This document shows positions 41,382 to 53,814 of a DNA stretch of 64,000 nucleotides, piece by piece; within the stretch, counting starts at the first letter, position 1; the number at the start of each line of letters is the position of its first letter. A model generated the notes under the pieces. The model saw only the letters and a program-made list of their open reading frames with translations, did not search any database and was not told where the DNA came from. The translations under genes were made by a program, and so were the position numbers. The stretch is from Eledone cirrhosa (Eukaryota), in NCBI GenBank assembly GCA_964016885.1, contig OZ024740.1, positions 172,608,001-172,672,000 on the forward strand, given 5' to 3'.

Positions 41382-41501
41382 AAGAATGAAGAGTAACATG
41401 GTTGGCTGTACAACAAGGGGCTTTATTTCAGGTATTAACAATTGTTTCATTGACCAGGTGAGTCTAGAGGTCGCTAATCGCTCGAAGTTGCGTCACTCTA
41501 T

Positions 41502-41556
41502 ATAGGAAAAGAGTCAGGACCCCGACGACAGAGCTCCGGCCATTTCGACAGCTAGA
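41502..41556 (-). mobile_element. Family B arm fragment
   Basis: AGGAAAAGAGTCAGGACCCCGACG...TTTCGACAGCTAGAT. Confidence 0.75.
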
Positions 41557-41778
41557 TACATACATATATATATGTATGTATGTATATGTATTTAGAAATA
41601 AAAGGAAAGCACTGTCTGCTGGGGGGGAGTCTCGGACATTTCAAAGCATTCGTTAATGCGTTGAAATGTCCGAGACCCCAGCAGACAATAGAAGAGGGGA
41701 CCTGTCATTTGTTTGTGCTTTCCTTTTCTTTCTAAATACACTTTATCAAGTAACCACACAGCCCCTGTTCCTTCTATG

Positions 41779-41823
<45 letters not shown>

Positions 41824-42155
41824 ACACAGGAATCCATCTTAGATATATAATAAACTGTATTGTATATGATGTGTAATAACTTTGGCTGCTGCCGTCGATA
41901 TTGTTATTGCTGCTCTTGTTTTTGTTGGTTGTGGTGTGTAGTCTGAGGTCATTCCTGGTTCAGCTGACCCTGGTTTCCTTCTTTATTTATTTGTTTAATT
42001 ATTTATCGCAGACAAATAAGTCCCTTTTTAAGACGCCACAATGTAATTGGAAGATTTGGCTACTAGTTCTAGCAGTTGGAGAGACCAAGTAGCGCCGCCT
42101 TCTTCGTTGACTCTTTTGGTCGCAGCTATTTCTAGCAGGGGAAGCGACTAGATAG

Positions 42156-42195
<40 letters not shown>

Positions 42196-42485
42196 CCCCC
42201 CCCCTCTCTCTCTAGCTGTCTGAATGTCACTATCTCAAAGTAAAACATTCTCAGTATTGTTGCACTCAGAATGTTTTTCTTTGCATGTGTGCTTCCCACC
42301 TCTCTGTCTGTCTGTCTATCTCCCCCTCTCTCTCTACCTATCTTTACCTACCTAACTACCTATCTATATTTTCATCTGCCTCTCTCTCTCTCTCTCTCTC
42401 TCTCTCGTTCACACACGCATTCTCTCTCATACCTTCACACTTATTCTCACAAGTACACACAAACACACCCCACCTTTCCACTCGC

Positions 42486-42531
<46 letters not shown>

Positions 42532-42915
42532 TCACATACACACGCTTCTCCCCGTACATAGACATAAACAGCCATACACACAGGTTGCAGGATATGTAAT
42601 GATAGTACAGGCATTGACCTTCCTATAATGCTGCAGAAAGCGATCTGATTGGCTACATGAAACACTCCTCTATCTCTCTCCCTCTCTCTCCCTCCCTCTT
42701 TCTCTCTCTCTTTACTGAGAGAGACAGACAGATGATGCAGGAGTGACGACAACAACAACAGCTACAACTACTACAACAAATGCCACAGCAACATCAACAT
42801 CAACAGTACCAACACCTAAAGTCTACTGCATAAGAGTCACTGACATTGACTGACACAACACATACACATATACACTCCTATACGTTCCCATGCTCGTGCA
42901 CTCTTAATCCCCCCA

Positions 42916-42966
<51 letters not shown>

Positions 42967-43094
42967 ATGTAGGAGGTGAGTTTTATTGTAGTACAATAAA
43001 GCAATGCAGATATCGGATAAGAAGCACTCTACAGTTTGTAGGACTGGAGTATGCATAATATAAGATCAAAAGATGGTTAAAGGAGTTCCATGTA

Positions 43095-43161
43095 TTTTAT
43101 TATGCGCATTTCAAAAACAAACATCATCATGCAATAATATTTGTGTTTTCATCAGATAAAA
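43095..43161 (-). ncRNA. Type I hammerhead ribozyme
   Basis: Reverse complement of 43292-43358. Confidence 0.85.
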
Positions 43162-43291
43162 CAGGAGAACATGATATGAAGGTTAAAAAACACTTGTGGA
43201 TAGTGCAGTCTTAAATCAACATATGTTGATATGTTGATTTAAGACTGCACTATCCACAAGTGTTTTTTAACCTTCATATCATGTTCTCCTG

Positions 43292-43358
43292 TTTTATCTG
43301 ATGAAAACACAAATATTATTGCATGATGATGTTTGTTTTTGAAATGCGCATAATAAAA
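43292..43358 (+). ncRNA. Type I hammerhead ribozyme
   Basis: Reads ttttat CTGATGA aaacacaaatattatt...gatgatgtttgttttt GAAA tgcgca TA ataaaa. Confidence 0.85.
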
Positions 43359-43489
43359 TACATGGAACTCCTTTAACCATCTTTTGATCTTATATTATAT
43401 ATATATATATGTGTGTGTGTATGTGTGTGTGTATACATATATATACATATACATACGTATATATATATATAGTATGTATGTATAATATA

Positions 43490-43675
43490 TAATTGTTTCT
43501 ACATTTGGCACAAGGCCAGCAAATTACCCAGTGCATTACTGGTACTTTATTTTATCGACCCCGTAAGGATGAAAGGCAAAGTCAACCTCGGCGGGATTTG
43601 AACTCAGATCGTAAAGGGACGTAACTCTGCTGGAAAGCATGGCGTCCGACCCTCTACCGATACTGCCAATCCACC
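43490..43675 (-). mobile_element. tRNA-derived SINE with 17-bp TSD
   Basis: TSD TATGTATAATATATAAT at 43477-43493 and 43677-43693. Confidence 0.9.
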
Positions 43676-43713
43676 ATATGTATAATATATAATATGTATG
43701 TATCCATGTATGT

Positions 43714-43905
43714 CAGGCCGCTCTTCAGCGCTCCTGCTAACATGTAACCCAGTGCAACTTGTGCATGGTCGGGTCGTTGGCGACTAAAACGGTAACCCCA
43801 CCAAGCTTGCTTGATAAGGAGGAGCATTTTGGATACCCCGAGGGATGAAAAACAAAATCTGTCAAAGGGCGGAGGAACTCAGAAGAGTCAACAGCCAACC
43901 AACAA
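43714..43905 (+). mobile_element. 5' part of the diverged retroposon subfamily
   Basis: Aligns with 7807-7998 and stops where that copy has its internal microsatellite. Confidence 0.7.
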
Positions 43906-44039
43906 AGTATGTACATATGTATATATGATTTTATATAATGCATATATTTATATTTATAAATACATTTTAATCAATTCATCTTTTAACTTTTTTTTTTTTT
44001 ACTTTTTCACGCCTTTTTAATTTTTTCAACTTTTTTTTT

Positions 44040-44763
44040 AGAGCAAGTGGAGTGAGAGTGTCTTCAACGTATACAGGGCACCCACTGGAAAATGTATGCG
44101 AGTGACACTGAAGTCCTTGAACGCAGTCTGTCTATCAGTATAGAGTCTCTCATATTTCAACATCGAATAAGATGGAGTGGTCATTTAGTGAGAATGGATG
44201 ATGATCGCATCCCTAGGCAATTTCTATATGGTGAGCTGGCCGAAGGTAAACGATTGCACTAAAAGCTCACGGAGAATGATTGGGAGAACCTCGCTCTAGG
44301 TCGACTTTACTGGAGGATGATAGTGCATGATGGGAGGGGAGAATTTGAAAGTAACCGTGTTAAGCATGAACAAGCAGAGTGCTCGTAAGGTCCATGAGTT
44401 CGGTTTGCCTGAGTATTTGGCATGCATGTTTAATTTAACCTTAAAGCTTGCAGGTTTGATTTAATCGTAAAGAATGTGGCCAGTTATGTCTAAGTAGAGC
44501 GAGCCTTGGAAGTCATCGGGAAAGCCAGGTACAGGGGGACATTGTCAACTGTACATTGTATGGCATTTCTGTTTGTGAAGAATATGGAAAAGAGTGTGTC
44601 ACTGTTGGACTGAAACGTCATTTGAAAGTGCACCAAAAACAGGACCGTAATACCTACTGCGAGAGACCCCTATCGTTGCAGGACTAAAAAGCCATGTCCG
44701 TGCTGCTCATCATTAAGTATCAAGCGATAGTATTACTTGACATCGAGTTGCAGTCATCATCAT
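44040..44763 (+). mobile_element. RTE (Bov-B-like) LINE 3' fragment
   Basis: IESLIFQHRIRWSGHLVRMDDDRIPRQFLYGELAEGKR, degenerate C2H2-like motifs, a 3' hairpin and a (CAT)n tail. Confidence 0.85.
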
Positions 44764-44785
44764 ATATGTATGTATGTTTGTATGT

Positions 44786-46811
44786 TTCTCTTTCTCTTTC
44801 GAGTATATTTTTGACTGGCCACCTTGCTGGTGACAAGGTTGTATAAGAAAAGAAATTGTCATCCCTTGAATCGCAAGAATGTTTTGCAAATTTTGAAGGT
44901 CACAGCTATCGCAGCCATTTGTAGTCTATGAATTAGGGAGCTGCGTTCTTTGTCCACAAATCCAAGTTTAGTTATACTTTGGTCCAAGTAGGCTGGTATA
45001 TAACCTGTAGCTCCAATAATGATGGCTATGAAGCATAAAGTGTATCTTGGATACTGGATCTATAAACTCCTCATCAATGGTCCGTAGATGTCCTCCTTCT
45101 CTTGTATTTTTCTTTCAACGTTGACATCAAGTGGGCACCTGAACTCTACAACAGAGCACGTTTTCATGTGTGGTCCCAAACAACAATGTCAGGCTGGTTG
45201 AGCTTTAATTTGGTGGCAGTTTTTATTTTTAGGTTCCACCAGTATTCTTTTGTGCCATCTATCTCAACATATTCCTCCTCATTTGTTTTAAATTTTGTTT
45301 TCCTAAGTGCGCTGCAGATGGTTCTAGCTATCTCATCGTGTCTCATTGGGAGGTAGTAGCGAGACAACATTCTTTCGCAGTTGGCAACAATGTGGCTAAA
45401 ATCTTCGATCTTTGTTTCACATAGCCTACATTTATTGAAGGACTTATGGCTCTCCTCTTTTGTGTAGCAGATATTTGGTAGGGATTTCTTGTTCCTGTAT
45501 TGCATAGAGATATCCTTAAAGGTGGGATGTCATAAACTTGTCGGAACTCCATGCCAGGCTTTTGGGATCATTTATCCCCTCTGTGATCTGTGTTTTTCGT
45601 CTCAGGTACCCATGCACAACTTTCTCTGTAAATTGGTCCATTTTTTTTCATCTTGTTCGAACATTGAATAGGATCTTCGAATGTCCCTGGGAGAGAGATT
45701 TATATCAGACCTTATTCCATATCTCTCCTCCAGATCAGTGGCTACCCTAATGATATTATTTCCTTGAAAAAAGGGCGGTGGATTGGCAGTATCGGTAGAG
45801 GGTCGGACGCCATGATTTACAGCAAAGAGTTACGGCCCTTTATGGTCTGAGTTCAAATCCCGCCGAGGTTAACTTTGCCTTTCATCCTTACGGGGTCGAT
45901 AAAATAAAGTATCAGTAATACACTGGGATAATTGCTGGCCTTGTGCCAAAAGTAGAAACAATTATTTCCTTGAAGATTATAGACCTTGGCAAGATGGTTG
46001 CTGACTTCTTTCTTCTGCTGAAGATGTTGCTTCAGTGTTACTATTCGAGTCTCTTATGATGGTGATATGGATTTTAGACCCCGACCACTTTCCTTGCGTG
46101 AGAAGTATAGCCTATCCACATCACCATTGATGTTAAAGTTTCCAGTAACACTGAGAAGCTTGCGAGTTCTTACATCCATCTCACTTAGTTCTTGCAATAA
46201 ACAGTTCAGCGGACCAAATGTCGGCGTTAGGATTGGCACAGCATAATTATTGTGGGCAATGTATTTGTTGTATGCTGATAGTTCTGATGACCATATTTTC
46301 TTTACTCTCCTGGGATATTCAGTTTTGGTTCTCTCCTTATTTATGGGTCGATCATATCTGACATTCTCATCCTGTCCAAGATATCTGTAGTTGTCACCTG
46401 ACTATAGAGGTTGTATTGTCAAGCCGCTCATATCTTGATTTCCAGAGGAGGGCACAACCCTTCCACGTTTTACTGCCAAATATGCACATTTGAACTCACC
46501 AAACTTCATTCTGATGTCTGCAGAAAATCGTGTAATGAGGTCCAATTGTTTTTTACTATAGTTGATATTTGGCTCATACAACTTCGGGTCATCAACAAAG
46601 AAAAGATTGTAGATACTTCTGGACCCACTTCCATGACCACTTTGTTTTGTGAGCAGGTATGATAGTGAGTTTAGTGAGAGGACGAAGAGCAGCACTGATA
46701 AGCTATCACCCTGAAAGATGCCTTTCTGGTAGTGTATTGTATCAGTCTTAATTTGCTCCTTCTCACCCCTAAGGATCAAATTGGTGTACCAGTTTTTGGT
46801 CAGGCGTTCAG
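44786..46811 (-). mobile_element. R4/Dong-clade retrotransposon, older degenerate copy
   Basis: [30 protein letters not shown] and QPDIVVWD, with several stops and frameshifts. (TACA)n at both ends. Confidence 0.9.
45773..45960 (+). mobile_element. Full-length tRNA-derived SINE with 14-bp TSD
   Basis: A box TGGCAGTATCGGTAG, B box GAGTTCAAATCC, and TTTGCCTTTCATCCTTACGGGGTCGATAAA body. TSD ATTATTTCCTTGAA at 45755 and 45961. Confidence 0.9.
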
Positions 46812-46855
46812 CATGTATGTATGTATGGATGTATGTAAGTATGTATGTATGGATG

Positions 46856-48929
46856 TTATCTCTTTCTCTTAATTTCGAGTATATTTTTTTGACCGGCCAC
46901 CTTCCTGGTGGCAAGGTTATAAAAGAAAAGAAATTGTCATCCCTTGAATCGCAAGAATGTTTTACAAATTTTGAACGTGCCAGCTATCGCAGCCATTTGT
47001 AGACTATGAATTAGGGAGCTGCGCTTTTTGTCCGCAAATCCAAGTTCAGTCATACTTTGGTCCAAGCGGGTTGGTATATAACCCGTAGCTCCAATAATGA
47101 TGGGTATGAAGCTAAAGGTGTATCTTGGATACTGAATTTGTAAACTCCTCATCAATGGTCCGTAGATATCCTCTTTCTCCTGTATTTTTCTGACAACGTT
47201 TACATCAAGTGGGCAGCTGATCTCCACAACAGAACACGTTTTCAATGTGTGGTCCCAAACAACAATATCAGGCCTGTTGTGCTTTAATTTGGTGGCAGTT
47301 TTTATTTTCAGGTTCCACCAGTATTCCTTAGTGCCATCTGTCTCAATATATTCTTCCTCGTTTGTTGTTAATTTTGTTTTCCGAAGTGCGTTCCAGATGG
47401 TTCTAGCTATCCCATCGTGTCTCATGGGGAGGTAGTAGCGAGATGACATTCTTTTGCAGCTGGCAACAATGTGGTTTACATCCTCGATCTTTGTTTTACA
47501 TAGCCTACATTTATTGTCAGCTGCTGCCCCTCCTCTTTTGTGCAGCAGATATTTAGTAGGGAGTTCTTGTTCCTGTATTGCATAGAAATATCCCTCATGG
47601 TGTGATGTCATAAACTTGTCGGAACTCCATGCCAGGATTTTGGGATCATTTATCCCCTCTATGGTCTGTGTTTTACGCCTCAAGTATCCATGCACAACTT
47701 TTTCTGTAAATTGGTCAATTTTTTTATCTTGTTTGAACATTGAATAGGATCTTCCGATTTCTCTGGGTGAGAGATTTATATCAGGCTTTATTCCATATCT
47801 CTCCTCCAGATCAGTCGCTATCCTAATGATATTATTTTTTCATGCTCATAAACCTGGGCAAGATGGTTGCCAACCTTTTTCGTCTGTTGAAGGTGTTGCT
47901 TCAGTGCTACTATCCGGGTCTCATATGTTGTTAATATTGATTTTAGACCCCGGCCACCTTCCTTGCGTGAGAAGTATAGCCTATCCACATCACCATTGAT
48001 GTTAAAGTTCCCAGTAACACTGAGAAGTTTTCGAGTTCTAACATCCATCTCACTTAGTTCTTGCAATGACCAGTTCAGCAGGCCAAATGTTGGCGTTAGA
48101 ATTGGCACAGCATAAGTATTGTGGGCAATGTATTTGTTGTACGCTGACAGTTCTGATGACCATATTTTCTTTACTCTTCTGAGGTATTCAGTTCTGGTTC
48201 TCTCCTTATTTATGGGTCCATCATATCTGACATTCTCATCCTGTCCAAGATATCTGTAGTTGTCACCTGACTGTAGAGGTTGCATTGTCAGGCCGTTCAT
48301 CTCTAGATTTCTAGAGGAGGACACAGCCCTTCCACGTTTTACTGCCAAATATGCACACTTGGACTCACCAAATTTCATTTTGATGTCGGTTGAAAATTGT
48401 GTAATGAGGTCCAATTGTTTCTTGATGTCATTGATATTTGGCCCATACAACTTCAGGTCATCAACAAAGAAAAGATGGGAGATACTTCTGGGCCCACTTC
48501 TTTGTCCACCTTGTTTCCTGAGTAGGTAAGATAGTGGATTCAGTGAGAGAACGAAGAGTAGCACTGACAAGCTGTCACCCTGAAAGATGCCCTTCTGGTA
48601 ATGTATCTTATCAGTTTTAACTTGCTCCTTCTCACCTCTAAGGATCAAGTTGGTGTACCAGTTCTTGGTCAGGCGTTCAACAGCAGCTACCAATGGTTGT
48701 GGGACTTTAGCTAACTGTAAAGCCTTAATAATCCACCCATGAGGTACACTATCAAATGCTTTTTGATAGTCCAGCCACACCACAGTCATGTTTCTGCGAT
48801 TCTTTGTTGTTTTTTCCTGAATCATTTTGTTAGTTAGTAGGTGATCTATGCATCCCCACACCTCCCTCTTTCCACCAGCTTGCTCAGGTGTTATGATGTT
48901 GTTGGTAGCACAGTGATCCTGTAAGAACA
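46856..48929 (-). mobile_element. R4/Dong-clade RLE retrotransposon, young 5'-truncated copy in (TACA)n
   Basis: RT, CCHC knuckle and PD-(D/E)xK-type endonuclease, a short 3' UTR, and (TACA)n at both junctions. Confidence 0.92.
46937..47740 (-). CDS. Zinc knuckle and restriction-like endonuclease part of the R4/Dong ORF
   Basis: CRLCKTKIEDVNHIVASC, RHD, HNRPDIVVWD..VVEISCP..EKEDIY. Confidence 0.85.
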   Translation of the reverse strand: MFKQDKKIDQFTEKVVHGYLRRKTQTIEGINDPKILAWSSDKFMTSHHEGYFYAIQEQELPTKYLLHKRGGAAADNKCRLCKTKIEDVNHIVASCKRMSSRYYLPMRHDGIARTIWNALRKTKLTTNEEEYIETDGTKEYWWNLKIKTATKLKHNRPDIVVWDHTLKTCSVVEISCPLDVNVVRKIQEKEDIYGPLMRSLQIQYPRYTFSFIPIIIGATGYIPTRLDQSMTELGFADKKRSSLIHSLQMAAIAGTFKICKTFLRFKG

Positions 48930-48930
48930 T
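47818..48930 (-). CDS. Reverse transcriptase part of the R4/Dong ORF (5'-truncated; the ATG is a junction artefact)
   Basis: [36 protein letters not shown] and YRYLG. Confidence 0.88.
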   Translation of the reverse strand: MFLQDHCATNNIITPEQAGGKREVWGCIDHLLTNKMIQEKTTKNRRNMTVVWLDYQKAFDSVPHGWIIKALQLAKVPQPLVAAVERLTKNWYTNLILRGEKEQVKTDKIHYQKGIFQGDSLSVLLFVLSLNPLSYLLRKQGGQRSGPRSISHLFFVDDLKLYGPNINDIKKQLDLITQFSTDIKMKFGESKCAYLAVKRGRAVSSSRNLEMNGLTMQPLQSGDNYRYLGQDENVRYDGPINKERTRTEYLRRVKKIWSSELSAYNKYIAHNTYAVPILTPTFGLLNWSLQELSEMDVRTRKLLSVTGNFNINGDVDRLYFSRKEGGRGLKSILTTYETRIVALKQHLQQTKKVGNHLAQVYEHEKIISLG

Positions 48931-49004
48931 GTATGTATGTATGTATGTATGTATGTATGTATGTATGTATGTATGTATGTATGTATGTATGTATGTATGT
49001 ATGT

Positions 49005-49591
49005 CAGGTCACCACTTGGTGCTACTGGTAACATGTATCCCAGTACAACCTGTCTCATGGTCGGGTCGTTGGCGACTAAACTGGCAACCCCACCAAGGTT
49101 TCTTGGTGAGGAGGGTGACTTTGGGACATCCTGCAGGACTAAAAACAAAACCTGTCAAAGGGCAAAGGACCTCGTAAGAGTCAATGGCCATCCAAAATCA
49201 CTGGGAGAGATGACCCCTTAGCTTTTGTCAAGGCAGAATTCTAGAAGGAAAACTCTGATATAACACCTGCAACCCTGAAGGTATCCAATGATGTTGACTT
49301 GTTCTTCTTTTTGGTAAATATCATCTTGGTTAAGAGAGTGGGACTGGCTTTGTGCAGTGCCTTTGCTCACTATAAAAGCTTCACGGCACAGGCATTGCTT
49401 TATATCTGGAGATCTCTCTGCACTTGTCGTCACATGGTACCAAAGGCAATGCACTATGTGTCAATAATTGTCACAAGTGTAGTGTTTGTACCAGAGTTTT
49501 CAAGTCGCTGGCTGGACTAAAAAGTCACACTCGTTCAGGGCATCGGTAGGGGTTCTCCTACATGGATATAAAGTAGTGGCCGTACTCGAAA
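49005..49591 (+). mobile_element. ~607-bp retroposon copy (lacks last ~17 nt)
   Basis: Near-identical to 4351-4940. Shares the 48929-49004 microsatellite with the R4/Dong copy. Confidence 0.85.
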
Positions 49592-51867
49592 TATATGTAT
49601 GTATGTAAGTATTTTAGTGATACATAGAAGGCATCGTTTCATACTTCGTTGTGTGGTTCCAAGCTTTTCTTCCTAATTTTTAGTTTGGCGCAATTCAATT
49701 TAGGATAAGTCCAAGCCTTTCTGCTACTTTATTTTAGTTAAATCTTGTAAAAATCTTGTAAAAATAAGGCATCTTGTTAATAAATATTATTCATATTTGT
49801 TTCTTATTTAAACAAATATAATTTTATGAATTTATATGAACATGAACTAAATATTGCCCAGTAAAGCCTCCTGACAATATTGTCTACTATCTTTAAAAAA
49901 AGGAAGGGTTCATTGCAATAACAACTGTTTGAAGTTATATCAGTTATCAGAATGCATTTCAACAGCCACACATGTTGAACATAAATATTAATAAATACAT
50001 AAATATATATGCATTTAAAGAGTCCTGCTGTTTATTTATTTATTTATTTGTTTGTTTATTTATTTGTATATTTATATAGCAAATTTGAAGGAAGTGCAAA
50101 GTTGATAAAATTAACCACAATACTTTAATGGTACTTTATGTTATCGCCTCTGGAAGGGTGAAAGGCAAATTTGACCTAGGCAGGAATTGGAATCAGAATG
50201 TAAATAGCCAGAAAAATACTGCAATATCATTTTACCCAACGCTTTACCAATTCTGCCAATCTATTACACTTGTTTGTGTATTTATATAACTATGTCCACG
50301 TCTGGGAGAAGGGGTAAGCCCCATAACCTACGCAAGCCCTCTGAGAGCGGTGAGATGAACTTGGTTAACTTTATACTTAAAACGTTGTAAGCCGATGAGT
50401 ATAGAAGAGTCATGTGAAGGGACTCGTGTAAATTTACAGAAGTAAATTTACGGCTACTGAGGGCAGCGCCTATCCAAATCTTCGTCCAGTTTTCCGCCCA
50501 GATAAAGATAGCTGGAAAATGTATTAACTTGAAATTCGATGCTTATGCTCAGATAAAATTATGTCAGTCATTTTATATTAATTTGAAGAGTTTACCCGAG
50601 CCCAAACAGCTAAGAGGGGTAGAGGCTACTGCAGCTTCTTTTCTATTGCTTAGTCAAGTGGAAAGTGCAATGCCCATGGCGCTTTACAGGGCTGCCGAGA
50701 CTGGTGGGAGGAAAGGAGAAAGCACCTTCACATCTGAGTCATGGACCGAATGCTTCTAACAGAGTGGATTCCTTAAAGGCACTCAAAGGCTAAGTTTTTT
50801 TGGTTAAACTAGGCGGAGAATTAAGCAAGCCATGGTAGGATTTGAACTCAGAACACAAAAAACTGTTACAAATACCGCCCGACATTCTAACGATTCCGCC
50901 ACACCACTTACTTAGATTGGTAGTTTATCGACCCCCCAAAAGATAATAGGCAAAGTTGTCCACAGCGGCATTTGAACGCAGAATCCAAGGAATCAGTATA
51001 AGCACTGCAAGGCTTTCTATCCGACGCTCTAATAAATCTGCTAAACCGCGTCTTATGTTAGAGCGATTAGAGAATCAGATAAGATGTCTTGCGGTATTTG
51101 TTCTGGCCCTCTGGACGCCGATTACAAATCCTGTGGAGATCAGCATTTCCTGTTATATTCCGAAGTCATTAAAATATCGGAACAGGGGCGTTTAGTGCAC
51201 TTGTTAGAGTGCCATATCATATACTTTGAGGTACCTGTCCCAGCATTTTGTATATTGTGTTCAAATTCCCCAAGTAGACCTAAATCCAGTATAGTTGCTG
51301 AGGCTTTATCCTGCACTTAATCGATAAACAGCCAGGTAGAATACACACACATACACACACGCGCGCACACATATATATATATATGTGTGTGTGTGTGTGG
51401 CGAAAGAAATGTTTTCCCACGATGTTTTCCTGATTATCACGACCACCAAGGGATTGACCTAAGAACTTGGAGACATCAAATTAGATAACTTTTCCTTGTG
51501 GAAGATTCACGGCGCCAATTGCCCGAAGGAGGACATTTTTAAAGGCCACCTGTTTACTGTAAAAGCAACTTGCGATTATTATGAAGATGTCGTTTGGCCC
51601 TGAGAACATTCTCTGCCACATCGCATGTTTCAAAACACAACTCAACCACTGTCACACTAGGGAACATGCCAATATAAATAGAAGTGACTGCTCGCCCAAC
51701 ACAGAGACCTTATTGAAAAATATAATCATCAATTGGATTTACGAATCGAAGCAGTGGTATTTTCATTTTGTGAGGTGAAGTACAGCTATATATTAAACCA
51801 GAATTGTCTGGGTTTTTTTCACACACACACACAAACACGCACGCACGCACGCACGCACACGCACACG

Positions 51868-51937
<70 letters not shown>

Positions 51938-52514
51938 ATGATGATATGATAGTTCTTTGATCATGCAGAAAATGAATATATATAAATGAACCATGATAAC
52001 ACCAAACCGCTATATTATTAATATATTGAAAATAGCGCACGCCGAACTATACGAAAAATACACAATAATTATGGACGTTATTAGTCTTTTCGTAAAAGTA
52101 GAATTTAAATTGCATTTACCAAGAAAACTTCATGAACTTCCCCGTCTTGGTTAAGAGAGAGAGACAAGCGATAGAGATCGAGTGAAAGAGAGTAACAGAA
52201 AGTAGGAGTTTGTAAGAGTCAGGAAAACCCAAGAGATCTGTGGAAAACAAATGTTTACATGTTTACTCTATCGATAAATGCTCCGGACTGCCTGGGCTGG
52301 TCTAAGGCAGATTATTTATCTATGTCGCTTCCTTTGTCTCCAACACTTGAGAAAAAAAGGATGACCTTTCAAGGTCATTCAATCTCAGACCTGTTGACGC
52401 CGAAAAGAAGATAACCCAGAAAATGACCGTTAAATGTCTCCCAGGGGTCAAGGTGTGGACAGACGTCGCTACATTTATCCATACACACAAGTCGATATAT
52501 ATATGCGTATGTGT

Positions 52515-52570
<56 letters not shown>

Positions 52571-52616
52571 GATATTAAACAAATGGAAACTATATTTATA
52601 TTTATAAAACCATATT

Positions 52617-52682
52617 TATTTCGTTATATATATTTCTGGGATATCATATTAAAAATATGTTATGCCTTCCTCAGACAAAATA
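52617..52682 (-). ncRNA. Type I hammerhead ribozyme
   Basis: Reverse complement of 53390-53455. Confidence 0.8.
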
Positions 52683-53389
52683 CAATACATAAGCTGTTTT
52701 ATAAATAATTAGTGACATACCTTGTGATAATGCAACTTCCTTTTAAAAAGTTGATTTGGTAGTGAAACTGTTATGACAGTTATATAGAAAGAAAACGAAG
52801 ATGAGAAGAAGAAGATGAAGAGATGTATGCAAATAAAAAAAAGAAGAAGATGAAGAGATGTATGCAAAGAAAAACAACGGAGCGAGATAGAGAGACAAGG
52901 AGAGAGAGAAATACATTGATGGTGAAAAAACATAGTAGGCTGCTTTTTGACAGATGATCATCGTATATGTGAGAGGTTAAGGGAAGGGATACAGTTAGAT
53001 TAGTGTATAGGAGAAAAAGAAAGAAAGATGATATATTTAAAATATATTAAAAATATATTATGTCTCATCCATTTGAATTATCAATTTTTATGAATTAGGT
53101 ATTATAATGTAAATATCAGTATTCATGAATGAGACACATATCCATAATGTGTGAAAAAAATGACCACATGCTCAGTTTAAAATTCTTAGGTCTATAAGCA
53201 AAATCTGAGATAAAACTTCAAACATAAGTATATATGCATTCTCGAGAAAAAAGAGAAAAGAGAAGGTTATCTCAAATTTTCTTTCTATATAACTATCATA
53301 ACAGTTTCACTACCAAATCAACTTTTTAAAAGGAAGTTGCATTATCACAAGGTATGTCACTAATTATTTATAAAACAGCTTATGTATTG

Positions 53390-53455
53390 TATTTTGTCTG
53401 AGGAAGGCATAACATATTTTTAATATGATATCCCAGAAATATATATAACGAAATA
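53390..53455 (+). ncRNA. Type I hammerhead ribozyme
   Basis: Reads tattttgt CTGAGGA aggcataacatatt...aatatgatatccca GAAA tatata TA acgaaata. Confidence 0.8.
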
Positions 53456-53814
53456 AATATGGTTTTATAAATATAAATATAGTTTCCATTTGTTTAATAT
53501 CGTAAACCTACTCCAGAAACTGTTGAGTGCTTTTATATCAGTTATAAAATATTTACTCGTTGTAACCCAACAATCTTAAATAAAACTTTTGCATATATAT
53601 ATATATATATATATATAATAGAATAAATATGGTTTTATATATATAGTTTCCATTTATTTAATATCTTGTTGAGTGCTCTGAATCAGTTATAAACATTTAT
53701 ATTTGTTGAATTACCAACAAATTGAATATCTCTTCTGCTTATATATATATATATCGTTTTGGACGGTCGATCATATTGACATATTGTCTGATCTATAGTA
53801 GTTATATAACTGTA

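Larger units (their letters stand above)
42968..43398 (-). mobile_element. Family H fold-back element with a ~169-bp apparently perfect palindrome
   Basis: Arms at about 43056-43224 and 43230-43398, and a tail 42968-43055 with GAGTGCT on the minus strand. Confidence 0.9.
52568..53593 (+). mobile_element. Fold-back non-autonomous PLE with ~228-bp arms
   Basis: Arms at 52568-52795 and 53277-53504, tail with GAGTGCT at 53525, and a related 3' fragment at 53621-53740. Confidence 0.88.

Noticed and set aside
42600-42850. Reverse CCAAT box (CTGATTGGCT) and Thr-rich reading frame as a host promoter or exon
   Set aside because: It is a single short motif plus a (CAA)n-derived low-complexity frame, with no convincing splice pair or other support.
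45773-45870. tRNA genes at A/B-box sequences
   Set aside because: They are SINE heads followed by a SINE body and TSDs, with no cloverleaf.
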